From assembly GCA_900088475.1 (NCBI GenBank), contig FLMG01001402.1, positions 1 to 41,030 on the forward strand: a DNA stretch of 41,030 nt, read 5' to 3'. Below are positions 11,249 to 21,886 of the stretch, one piece after another (the stretch's first letter is position 1; every line of letters begins with the position of its first letter). The notes under the pieces are model-generated. The model did no database searches. It was not told the origin of the DNA and saw only the letters and a program-made list of their open reading frames with translations. This DNA comes from Hyphochytrium catenoides (Eukaryota; Protista; Hyphochytriomycota). A program made the position numbers and the translations under genes.

Positions 11249-12372
11249 ATGTCGGGCCCAAAAGCTAATGGAAGTGACTCTGCGCGGCAAGCGGAACAAC
11301 AGCCCCGGACGGAATCTGGCCGGGCCCGTTCCGTGCATGTGATAGTCAAAGATGCAACTGACCTACTCATAACGGAGTATGGAAGGAAACAGAATCCGTA
11401 TGGTAATTGAGAATAAGTGATACCTACTTTGCTTTATACTAAGCTGATATGTTTATGTGCAGCTGTTCTTAAGCTTGCAGATATTCCAGAAGAGCAATCG
11501 CCTCGTGTCTGGACTGGTCGCGTTCCAAATGGCGGCCAAAATTTCAACTGGACGGAGGAGCACAATAATCATGTCTACCTACATCTTCCGGGAACCTATA
11601 CAGGGCGCCGAAAGCTCATTGTTGAGCTCTGGGACGGCAACCCAGTCAATGATTCCATGATCGGGGTAGGCGAAGCGGATATCACAGATATCGTCTTAGA
11701 CACCACTTCAGGTAAAACGAAGCCCGGAATCTCTTGAGGCTATGGTATTGCACTAACTATGTACCTATAGGCAATCAGAAGGAGGTAGCAGTACACGAAG
11801 TAGGAGTGAACCTATCTCATAGCCGTGGGGCAAGGGATATTCGAGGACGCGTTGACCTATGCGTCTTCACGGGTCCTCCCATGCGACCGCTAGTGTGGAC
11901 ACTTCATCATTACCTGCGGCGCGCTTGGGAAGTCAGAGACGCACTGGCCCTGGCTGTGAATAACTCTAAGGATCAGGCGGTTTCATCGGCCCGTAAAGCA
12001 GCTCTACATTACTGGCACCGCACACCTCTTAGTCGGATGGATCGCAAAGCATTGCTTCTTGTATCACTCGGTGTGACAGCTGTCTTTGCTGGTCTAGGAG
12101 GCCTCGCCCTTTTATTACTTCTGCCTTTGGCAACAATTGGGATCATTACATTTCCTATGTGGATCATGCCTACTCTTGGCATCGCCCTCGTATCCAGTCC
12201 AGTCTGGCTACCATTGATCCTCATCTCCTTTGTCGTAGCGTCAACAGCACTGGGGCTGTTGCTAGTCTTTCACTTGACGAGGCAGCAGTATCGGGCCCTC
12301 GTGATACGAGCATACTGCTCTTTCAGAGAATCCACGATTGGTCAGAGGCTTCTTCTACAGCCCGAGAGATAA
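11249..12372 (+). CDS. C2-domain protein with a long C-terminal hydrophobic hairpin (oleosin/lipid-droplet-like)
   Basis: Exons are about 11249-11402, 11464-11711 and 11771-12372. C2 motifs are VHVIVKDATDL...QNPYA, GGQNFNW and KLIVELWDGNPVNDSMIGVGEADI. A stretch of about 77 residues without D/E/K/R follows and contains SPVWLP. Confidence 0.8.
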
Positions 12373-12830
12373 CAAAATGTAGGTATATTTGCCCTTATCC
12401 CTGGTCTGAATATGAAGAACATGGACCATTTTGGAAACTATGGATTATGTGTTGTTATCAGGGGACTAACCATTATCTACTACATCTATATAGCCGTCAC
12501 TATGAGTAGACGCAATCTATAGTGTGCCGGTTAACGGGTTTGTGACACGAATTCTGAGGGCTGGTGGGGCTTCAAGAAGTGTTCCACGTCCCGGTAGTCT
12601 TGGGAAATCTCCAGATACAGGTTGGGCAGCTAGTACATTGATCAAATACGTCTACCACCAGATAGGTTCCAAATACGCTTTTAGAAGGGTAAGAAGGCGG
12701 GTTGTGTCCTTTCAGCAAAAGTGATATTATCTTTAGAAAACTGGTATAGTTGTCATTGAGTGTAGGAGGTTCTTACAATCATATGTCACCTCACGGTGGT
12801 GTGACATGAAATAGAAGCTTCCAAGTCCCT

Positions 12831-14114
12831 TTAGTTAGGGAAGACCTCTAGGTACTGTTGAGCGATCTTCTTGAGAACGATGCCCATTCTGTAGCCCCCT
12901 AGCGCCACTCGGTTCCTGAGAATTGCCTTCATATTGTTGATGTAGGAGAGAGGCGGACATTCCAGAGTCTTGTTGGCATTGAGCTCAAACTTTATGTCTG
13001 AACGATATACGTTCTCAATGGCGAGAGCCATAGATTCGTTGATAATCCTGTCAAAGATCTTTTCTGAACCAATGTAGCTGGCAAACTGATTGAAGCTCAT
13101 GTCTTCGGCTTTGGCAAGATTCAAGCTGTCTACAATGGATTCGCTGGCAAGAAGTGACGAAGCGTTGCCACGCACCATTTCTAACACCTGCTCAAGTCCG
13201 TGGCCCACAGGAGACCAGTTGTACGTCATAGTGCCACCCACGGAGTCAGTGAGTTTGTGGAGGTTGTCCACTCCCGAGGGAAGTCCCGGGCATGACGGAG
13301 GCAACCGCCACAGGTTACATCCTTGGTCACCTCTTGGGTATACGGAGCTGAAGGAGGAGACAGAGTGGCATGGGTTGTGGATATCTCCCATGATGTGGAT
13401 GAGCATACGAAGCTGAAAGTTCCATGCCCATTTGGACTTGGAAGTTCTGAAGCTGTTAACAATACCAGATAGTGCCTTAGCTGCATGTGCCTCTTCACCT
13501 AGAGCATTAATCTGGTTAGGAGGGATCTTTGTTGTGTCGTAACCGTTGAGCCCGAAGGCAGTACTGGTGAAGTGGAAGACGGACAGAAAGCTGACAGAAG
13601 GGGTGCTCGGGTCCGGGCAGAACGGTGCAAGAGTGTTACACTTGATAAGATCTGGCCAGATAGCGGCGCCTGGTGCTGTACTGGTGCCTGGAAAATCGTC
13701 TTCCCATGGAGCCAATATTTTTTCAATGGTTGCCGCCTCCAGCTTTGCGCTCTGGAGCCTCCTAACTGTAGGTAGGTCCTTCTTCTCCTCCTTGTCAAAG
13801 TCTTCATAGTCCTGATCACAGTTGCTATCGCCATCAGCTGGGGGTGCAGGTGTGGCAGGAGTTGGGGCAGCAGTTGGGGCGATTGTAGGGGCTACTGTTT
13901 CTGGTGCTGGGGTAGGTGTTGGAGTTGGAGCTCCAGTAGGAGCCGGAGAGGTGATTGCAGGTGGCTCAGGAGTTAGCGGCAGAGGAGCAATGACTCCATT
14001 CAGATAGTCTACGGCAATCTGTGCAGTTACCATGTGACCTGCATCCCACCATGCTTGGACGGAATGAGTGCAGGACGCTGCCACGATGGCCACTGCCAGT
14101 GCCGTGACCTTCAT
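12831..14114 (-). CDS. Secreted S1/P1 family nuclease (3'-nucleotidase/nuclease)
   Basis: A signal peptide ending VQA precedes mature WWDAGH. Zinc-ligand motifs are AIWPD, FHF, HIMGDIHNPCH, DQGCN and NLHKLTD, and the C-terminus has ALGGYRMG. Confidence 0.93.
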   Translation of the reverse strand: MKVTALAVAIVAASCTHSVQAWWDAGHMVTAQIAVDYLNGVIAPLPLTPEPPAITSPAPTGAPTPTPTPAPETVAPTIAPTAAPTPATPAPPADGDSNCDQDYEDFDKEEKKDLPTVRRLQSAKLEAATIEKILAPWEDDFPGTSTAPGAAIWPDLIKCNTLAPFCPDPSTPSVSFLSVFHFTSTAFGLNGYDTTKIPPNQINALGEEAHAAKALSGIVNSFRTSKSKWAWNFQLRMLIHIMGDIHNPCHSVSSFSSVYPRGDQGCNLWRLPPSCPGLPSGVDNLHKLTDSVGGTMTYNWSPVGHGLEQVLEMVRGNASSLLASESIVDSLNLAKAEDMSFNQFASYIGSEKIFDRIINESMALAIENVYRSDIKFELNANKTLECPPLSYINNMKAILRNRVALGGYRMGIVLKKIAQQYLEVFPN

Positions 14115-15582
14115 TGCTGGTTTGAACTATAAGCTTGCGTATACAGCTGATGCACAAGGAAGAAACTACAACTCTGGCAGTCTGGAGGTCTGCTGCAACG
14201 CTGCTGTGGAGAGCCAGACACAGAGGGATAGTGAAATGGTGTGATGTCGTTCAAGTGGTAGATGGAAGCACACCTCCAGCGATGCATTTCAACTCTGCCC
14301 AGACTCCTATTCTTGACTAGTGATACGCAAAGTAAGACTTACTACTAGGAACTTTTCAGCGCTCGGATAACTTCCCCTAGGGACACACTTTCTACGGAAG
14401 CAGCCTCGGCCATGCTCCTTTGACCAGCAACAGACATCTTCCCCTCAATGAGCAGTACTGGTGGAGCAAACAGGCCCATCATCGGACATGCAGGGATGGA
14501 CTGCAAACAGCGGCACCATCATCCTAAGCCCAGGCCTGCATCCTCACATCGCTCAACAGATTCATGCAGGTTGCCCTTTTATCAACCGTCAGAACGCTTG
14601 CTTGCTGTGAGAGAACGAATCTGGCACTTCCAGAATAAACTTTCATTTCGCATCTTGAACCGCCAAAAACCTAAAGGATCCAGAATAATATGCGAGGAAT
14701 GGGGATATAATCTGTTCAGATGACCGCTCTATCTGGAATCTCCTCTGGTCGGACTGAGGCCTGTCTCATATAACCTGCAAAGCCTCTTTCTTATTCACAG
14801 ATAGAACATACTTCTATATGAGCAGAATTGCAAGTGAAGTCTTCTCTTTGTGAAGCAAGAACTACTTTGTGTACAGAGCTTGGTCATAACAAGAACCAAC
14901 ACCCTCAATCTAAATGAAGCCCACAAAAGCTAGTGTTGTTCAGGATAAAGTTCACAGCAGAATCTCCAAGAACATCGAAAACTGACATAAATACCCAAAC
15001 TTAAGCGAGAGCCGAATATAGGCCGATTTTGACTCCAAGCCTTCCTAAGGTAAGGAGAGGAGAGTCCTAGGAAAGGAATTATAAAAGGAGACAAGGAGAC
15101 TGACCATGAATAACGTTCCTAGCGGCCGCAAATAGCGTTGCCCTTGCCGAGTAAGGTTATTAGGAACAACATGGCTTATTTCTGGGAAGAAGTAGGTGCA
15201 GTAGATGTTGGCGATACTGTATCATCTCATCAATAAGCCAGGTCTCCAAATTACCGATAGAATTTCTAATAAACACTTGGGACTACTACAAGGGAAGGAG
15301 TTGAGCATACTTCTCAAGGGTAATTGCTGTCTGCACAACCAGGCGCCATCACCAGCCAGTTCGTTATCTGGGCGGTTCAACATGGCTGATGAGTTGCTTC
15401 GTGCCCAAAACTTGACTGAAGTTCATTGAAGGCTTTATAGATAGATGCTTTGATGTTATACTAATACTCTAACTAACTAATGATTGAGCAAGTAATAATA
15501 AGGACATCAAGAGATGATGCTGATTGAACTGGAAAGGACCCAAAGGTGATGGGAAAAGATCATTGATCTTGGTCCGCGTTCT

Positions 15583-15616
15583 CTCCTCGCTCTGCTTTTC
15601 TCCTCGCTCTGCTTTT
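15583..15616. repeat. Perfect 17-bp tandem duplication
   Basis: ctcctcgctctgctttt occurs twice in tandem (15583-15599 and 15600-15616). Confidence 0.85.
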
Positions 15617-17394
15617 CCTTACAAGAAGTGGAACGCCTACTTTCTTAGTACTGTCGGCAGTCACCATGCAGTAGCTCTGTGGTTCTTCCCTGGCCCCACC
15701 AAATTGTAGGAAGATGTTGTTGACCTGCGTAGAGAAAAAAAGGGGCCAAGAAGAGGAGTCCCGTCTTTGTGTCTCTTCATCCAACAAGGACCATTTTCTT
15801 TGTGAGTGCAGTCTTGGTCTGAACATTACTATAAAGAGTTCCTGCAGAAGATAGAGGGTGGCACACTTCTCATTCGAGAGATACAACAAGGAAGATGACA
15901 ACCGGCACAAATAATGTAGAAGAAATGGTTGCCTAGCTTCTGGGCTGCTGGTGTTTGTCAGTGTAGTAAGGCATTCCTAGCTTCTTTGCAGTAATTTCTT
16001 GCCATCCATTCTTCCGGGCATTCCTGTGAGGACTGGGCAGTAGTGATGATTGATGATGACAACCCTTTGATGGATGCCAGGAGTGGAAGTCTCCTGCTGC
16101 GACATGCGATCTTGATGTGTAGTTGAGCTAATCGAGGATCGAGGATGGTTACCAAGGGCAAGCAACATGTCGTAGCTTCATCAGAAATAGATTTCAGCTC
16201 TATTTACATTGTTTCACAACGGCCGGAGTCGATCTGAATGATGGCGGTCACACGTACACCACTTCTAGATGAATGATTGAGGAGGCCAAAGCAGCGGCAA
16301 AAACGAATAAAGCTCTTCAGAGCAATGGATGATGAAGATCATAACGTCGGACCAACCTTCGTGGTGCCTGTCAGGTGGATAATGGCAGATAATGGAAGAT
16401 CTACTTGCAACAAGGGCGTAGTGATTAAGCGAGCACCATCATGCACTGTGGGCCATGCCCTGTTGTTTCAATTGTTTCCACCATCATCATCATCATTCTT
16501 CGACACCTTGGATAATAAATCGTAATATCCTACTGAATTGCAGGTGCAAGAGATCATCAGATAATCTTGTTAGCTTGTTAGGCTCTCAGCTAATAAGCCA
16601 ACCACGCACCATCACCCGGGTTAATTCTTGCTATTCCTTCTTCACTTTATTGCTTCCCCCTGTTGTTTGTTCGTTGCTGTGGCTGCCTGCTGCTGCTTTT
16701 TTCCCTACGTTGATGAAAAGAAAGTTCAAGCAGAATCCCCATGGCATAGAACTACAAGTATCGTACAAGTTCTGTTACTGATCCAGGGTTTACAAGTACA
16801 AGTACATGTTGTACTTGTGATTCGAGTACATTGTAACCAAAGATTACCTGTACAAAAGTACCTATTCTGAGTATTCCTTTGACAGGTTAAGTATCAAGTA
16901 CCGTACCTATTGGATGGTGATTACCTACAAAACTCTTAAGAACTATTTGACCCCTCGAGTCAAGGCGCCGCTGTCATTTGACAGCCTGTTTTAGCTCTGT
17001 GTCCCTTTACTAGAGATGCCTCTTGGAAGAGATCAGTTACATGCACCTAAACGCCACGATATGGCGCTCAGAATAACCCTTGGCTTGCCTCGCTGCCTCT
17101 CGCTACTAGTGAAGACTCACTGCTGGCTCTCCAGCTCAACCGGCGACCACCGGCATTCTTCATGTTCTCTGTTCGCTGTTCACTCTTTTCCTCCACTATT
17201 AGAGTACAGTGACCTATTACTGTGGACCATCTCGTTTATGGCAGATGCATGTACCTCTGTGGTGAAGCCATCATGGTTTCTTCATGCATTCCCGTCGTCG
17301 GCACCCAGTAGAATGAGTTAGCTTGTCATACAAGCTGTCACCTGTACCCAAGCTTAGAAGCTGGTTCTCTTCCGTCTACTTACCTAAAGTATCG

Positions 17395-18279
17395 ATGGAG
17401 GGCTATTTGATCATCCTGAAGGATGCGGAACGCAAAATACACTTTCCTGTGGTCCGTTATTTCAAGTTTGTGGACGGAACCCTGGTCTATTATGCAAGCC
17501 GAACAACCAAGGACCGTTTAGGGCAGGTCGACCTCACTGGCCATAAGGTGGCCATTCGGAAGGTACATGACCAAGAAGACACGACAGTCGCAAGTTTCCC
17601 TTCTCAGTTCCGAATAGACACCCAGCCCGCGAGCTGTGGACGTGGAGGCAGGAGCCATCGTGGAGCTCTCTCGATGAAGCTTCTCCTTAGTGCATCATCA
17701 GATGAAGTAAAAGATGAGTGGTGCAGGGCCTTAAAAGGCTGGAGAAGGCGATTCTGGGCTGAGAGCTACGTTATCTCTGGGCACGGGATGCTTGAGTCTA
17801 TGGTGCTTCTAAAAATGACTCGCCGCTGCTGGAGAGGTCCTTTGACAGAGGCCGTGGAAAACACAAGGCAAATCAAAAGCAATCATATACTGGGAGAGCC
17901 CAAGGAGAGTGAACGTAGGCCACGGGATGTTTGCGAGATGGTGAAGGGTGTCCTTGGAGTCAGCACTCCATCTTCCAATCGTGCTTGTGGCCCGTCAAGT
18001 GTAGCATCGTCACTGGATAGCTTTACCTCCGGAGAGGACGGACTGAGTTGTGCCTCGAGCCACGAGTCAGATACATTCCAAGAATGCATGTCGATTGCCA
18101 CACCTGCAACCTCCATGGAAGAGGGTAGTTCGGACACATGCTGTGTCGAAACAGTAAGTCCAGAGATGTCAGCCATTCCGACCTCAAAGAAACATCAACC
18201 TGTCACATATCGGGAGCAGGAACCTTTATCTTCTTCAGGCAGACGCTCCTCGTCTAACTCTGCGCCTCCTGTGGCGTGA
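17395..18279 (+). CDS. PH-domain protein with Ser-rich disordered C-terminus
   Basis: MEGYLII...RYFKFVDGTLVYY...LGQVDL...LSASSDEVKDEWCRAL fits the PH beta1-3 strands and the C-terminal Trp helix. The first in-frame ATG is at 17395. Confidence 0.8.
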   Translation: MEGYLIILKDAERKIHFPVVRYFKFVDGTLVYYASRTTKDRLGQVDLTGHKVAIRKVHDQEDTTVASFPSQFRIDTQPASCGRGGRSHRGALSMKLLLSASSDEVKDEWCRALKGWRRRFWAESYVISGHGMLESMVLLKMTRRCWRGPLTEAVENTRQIKSNHILGEPKESERRPRDVCEMVKGVLGVSTPSSNRACGPSSVASSLDSFTSGEDGLSCASSHESDTFQECMSIATPATSMEEGSSDTCCVETVSPEMSAIPTSKKHQPVTYREQEPLSSSGRRSSSNSAPPVA

Positions 18280-19616
18280 TTAGCCATCTGCTGTCGCACA
18301 TCATGCGCATGCGAGTAGATGCATATAAAAAACCCCAACCCTACTTAGATTGCCTGGACGTATACTTATTGTTCAGCAGAAACGGAAGATGCAAGACTCC
18401 TATCTAAGGTCTTGGCAGGCAGCACCGATACCAACTCTATGTTGTTGACGCTGTGTCATCCACCCCGACAAAACGGGGCTTCAATACCCCGAGCGGACGT
18501 ATGAAGGGAGGCCAACGCCCATCTACTAGAGCACTGCATACCGCTTCACGCCATGCTATCATGAAGCGGCCTATCCCGTCATGCTTATGTGTCGTACAGT
18601 ACGAGTAAATTAGAGGAATAAGGCAGTTCTGTTAGTCAAACAAAAAATCAAAGCCATCGCTTGCTTGGTTCTTTTCGCAGTGACTACACCTACCGCCCGT
18701 CTTACAGAATGGGCAATATCAGTTTTTTAGAATAGTACGATTGGCTGTCCAGAATAAACAAGCTGAGCCATTTCAGAGGATGACAGAGCATCAGCAGTCA
18801 CAATGATCAAGGCTGGTATTTTTCGACCTCACAATTCTTTCGCGATAGGGGTGCGGCGCGAGAGAGCTTATCTTCTCCCTTTGCCCACAGCCCTCACTGG
18901 CGCAAGCATCAGACAGCAGGTAGTGCTCTGAGAGAACGAGACAATTCCTAGCCATCCCAGTGACGACTGTTGGGTCTGCTGTTGCCTCATCAATGAGAAT
19001 GTTGAAGATCATCAGCGTCTATCAACCCCAACACAAATGGGTCCAGGCTTCTGACATCAATAGTTCTTCAACTGAAACCTTCAAAACCTTTCAGCTCAGG
19101 TCCAGTAATAAAGCTACGGTAATCAGGTGGGATAGTTTCCGAAGGTTTCAGTGATACGGTAATATTCGGTCCGTACTTTTCTGATGACAGTCCACACCTC
19201 GCTGGACTTCTAGTTCTATCATAAGCCCAGACAGTAGGGTTCTCATCGCCGCTTCGCTACTTTTCTTCTTCTCCGTACCTGATGTGGCTCGCTAGCAGCT
19301 TGGGCAGGAAATAGATTCTATGCATGCCTGCCGCTGCCCCACGCTCATGCTTCATTCGGGCAAGAAGTTGATACAGTCTGAGCCTAGGAAGTAGTAAGTG
19401 GTCTTTCGCAGGCGACGGGTTTTGGAAGGCAAATGCAACAGTGGGCCTCTTTTGGACTGTGTTCGCTTCTGTTAGGTCAAGGTTGGAAGTGCACGTGATC
19501 GGTGTATTAGAGTTTCCCATCTTCGCCCCCAATCTGTCACAGTCTTCCTATCACACTTGAGGCTGCGACGAGTAGTTTGATATAGAAATGAAGACCTAAC
19601 GGGCTTCGAGCTAACG

Positions 19617-20995
19617 ATGTTTCTCAGTGTCGACGAAACGAAAATAAAGGTCAGTGGCTTGCTTGCTCGTGTAGACCAGCAAGACCTGGTTCATAAGAAG
19701 CTAATCTTCTCCTGTCAGGTCCAAGGCTTACCACCTCCAAGGGCAAACCTGCTACGTCAACTGTGCACCAAGTCGGGCTATCTGCAAGTGCAGGAAGCAG
19801 GCTCTAAAGCTTGGAAAAGTCGCTATGTTGTGGTCAAGCCCACAACCTTCGTTTACTTCTTTGAGTCAGAACGCGACACAGAGCCTAAAGGCATTGTAGA
19901 CTTGGAATATTACACGAAGGTAGAGTATTTGGGCTCCGAAGATGGAGAGGTTTCTCCAGAGACGATATTCCGCATGGCCCCAGAGGATAAGTTGGCAGCA
20001 GCCGGTCTGCGGTCTTATCTCTTTGACTTGGAGCCAACTGCTGGCAGCGGTAGTCCCGAAGAGCGGTCTAAAGAAAGAAATCGCTGGATACGTTGCCTAC
20101 AGTCACATAGATATGATGTCCTACTCCAGCAGCGAGAGACATTGCTAAGAGGCTTGGGAGATCGCAGAAACTGGAAGGATAAACACCTTCTAGACCGAGA
20201 CCGAAGCCGCAGTGCACTAAGCTACGTTAATAGAGTCGACCCTCAGCGGCAGCTCAGTCGAACAAGCAGCATAGAAGAATATTTACCCATAGCAAGAGAA
20301 TCGTTAGGACATCTAATGGAGGTTCTGGAGCTCCTCCAATTGGGGTCCTGGCAGTCCCATTACCTCTCACCGGAAGACATGGATCAAAGCCAAGTCATGT
20401 ATACTCTAAAGTCAAGCTCTAGCAAAATAGTCGGAACCGTGCGGCAACAAGTCGCAGACTTGGCAGCACTGCGTCTAGAGCTCCAAGCGCTGAACATGGA
20501 GAAGTCTTCCCTATCCCAAGAGCATAAAGCCACAGAGACGAAGCTTGAAGAAAGTATGAAGCTGATTAAGGAGCTACAAGAGGAAAATAAGCGATTAGCT
20601 GAGCAGAATGCCCATCTCGAGCAGAGCCGGGCTCAGCTCTTGAACGAAGTAAGAGAGGTGAAGGGTCTAAGCCCTATCACTGAACATAAAGCCACGACAG
20701 GCAAATGGGACAAAGGGACCTCAGGGTCTGAGGGCCCATTTCGTGAAAGAAGTCTACGGCCTGCTCCACGCCGAGGTCAGTATATTTCTTCGTTGTAAGA
20801 CAGTCTTAAACCTCCTTCGTTTTCCCTTTAACCCGGGTAACCTCTGCAGGTGACTATGAGAGCAAAAGAGACGAAGAGCAAAACCCGGGCCCAAAGCAGG
20901 GGTCAAAGTGGGGCGAGGTACTCAACGGAGTGATGGAGGTGGCAGGCAGAGCGCGCGGGAAAAGCACGGAACGGACTAACGGCAGCAAGCGTTAA
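19617..20995 (+). CDS. PH-domain plus coiled-coil protein (5' end uncertain)
   Basis: TKSGYLQVQEAGSKAWKSRYVVVKPTTFVYFFESERDTEPKGIVDLEYY...ERNRWIRCL is followed by a long heptad region. An intron at about 20776-20849 joins a last exon ending at TAA 20993-20995. An in-frame intron at 19650-19718 is possible. Confidence 0.85.
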
Positions 20996-21262
20996 GTTCA
21001 TTCCAAGGATTTTCCTCAAGCTAAGACGTAGTCACTTGAGGAGAGGCAGATACGCTGGGTGACGGTTTGAGGCATTGGGCCTCATTGCATACACTATACT
21101 ATTAGAGAGAGAGTTGTTACCATTCTTCTGTACCATACTCTATAGATAACGCCATCGTATGGACGTGGCTTACATGCAATAACACCAAAAGCTGCGCTAG
21201 ACAAAGGCACCCCAGCAATGTGCCTCTTGGTTTTGCGATGCCGCCGCTAGGGTACTGACCCT

Positions 21263-21886
21263 TCAGGATGAGATGGAAAGCCAGGGGTGCTGGGTTCTGA
21301 CCCTCCTTCGTTCTTCTTCTGAAAAGTCGTTGTCGACTCCAAACATTTGACAAATCGCATTTGGTGACCTTCCCGCTAGTAGTGTGGCCAGCTTAGCGCA
21401 CACTGCGTTGTTGAGATATGTGAACCCAATTGCTTCAGCTATGGCAGCAAGCTCTAGAAGCTCCTCTGCTTCCATATCAAGAAACTTCACCATCCAGGGG
21501 GACATAGTCTTTTCCAAATTAGGACTCTGTAGAGGCCTAATAGCGATCACTTGTTGGAGGGCAGGGCTTGGTGAATCCGGGGATGCCTCACACTCATAAA
21601 CAAGCCTTCCTTCTCGTAGAAATGCTAGCACTCTCCCTAGCATGCGGCTTGACATCAGAGGAACAGCAACCACCATTGCCTTTTGCTCCTCAAGTTTTGG
21701 GTCGCTCAAAATGGCATCCCCACGCCCTGTTTGCGCACGCGCAAGCTGCAGGAGTTCTGGCGCAGTGCACCCTAGCACCTTGCTGCCTTCTTGCAGTGTC
21801 GAAGCGAATCGTTGCCCGTCGTTAGCTACCAGTGTTAACACTATCTGGTACTGTTCACCTTTCAACTTCTGTCGCGTCTCCTGCAT
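21263..21886 (-). CDS. Divergent SKP1-like protein
   Basis: The N-terminal POZ-like part has LTLVANDGQRF and VPLMSSRMLGRVLAFL. The C-terminal Skp1 part reads WMVKFLDMEAEELLELAAIAEAIG...CAKLATLLAGRSPNAICQMFGVDNDFSEEE...HPW. The in-frame ATG is at 21886, but an upstream exon is possible (acceptor-like tract near 21924). Confidence 0.82.
   Translation of the reverse strand: MQETRQKLKGEQYQIVLTLVANDGQRFASTLQEGSKVLGCTAPELLQLARAQTGRGDAILSDPKLEEQKAMVVAVPLMSSRMLGRVLAFLREGRLVYECEASPDSPSPALQQVIAIRPLQSPNLEKTMSPWMVKFLDMEAEELLELAAIAEAIGFTYLNNAVCAKLATLLAGRSPNAICQMFGVDNDFSEEERRRVRTQHPWLSISS

Noticed and set aside
14200-17300. Genes, RNA genes or a transposon in the 3-kb intergenic gap
   Set aside because: Only short ORFs without motifs are present. 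No tRNA cloverleaf, terminal repeats or TE domains were recognised by eye, though an ncRNA cannot be excluded without a covariance-model search.
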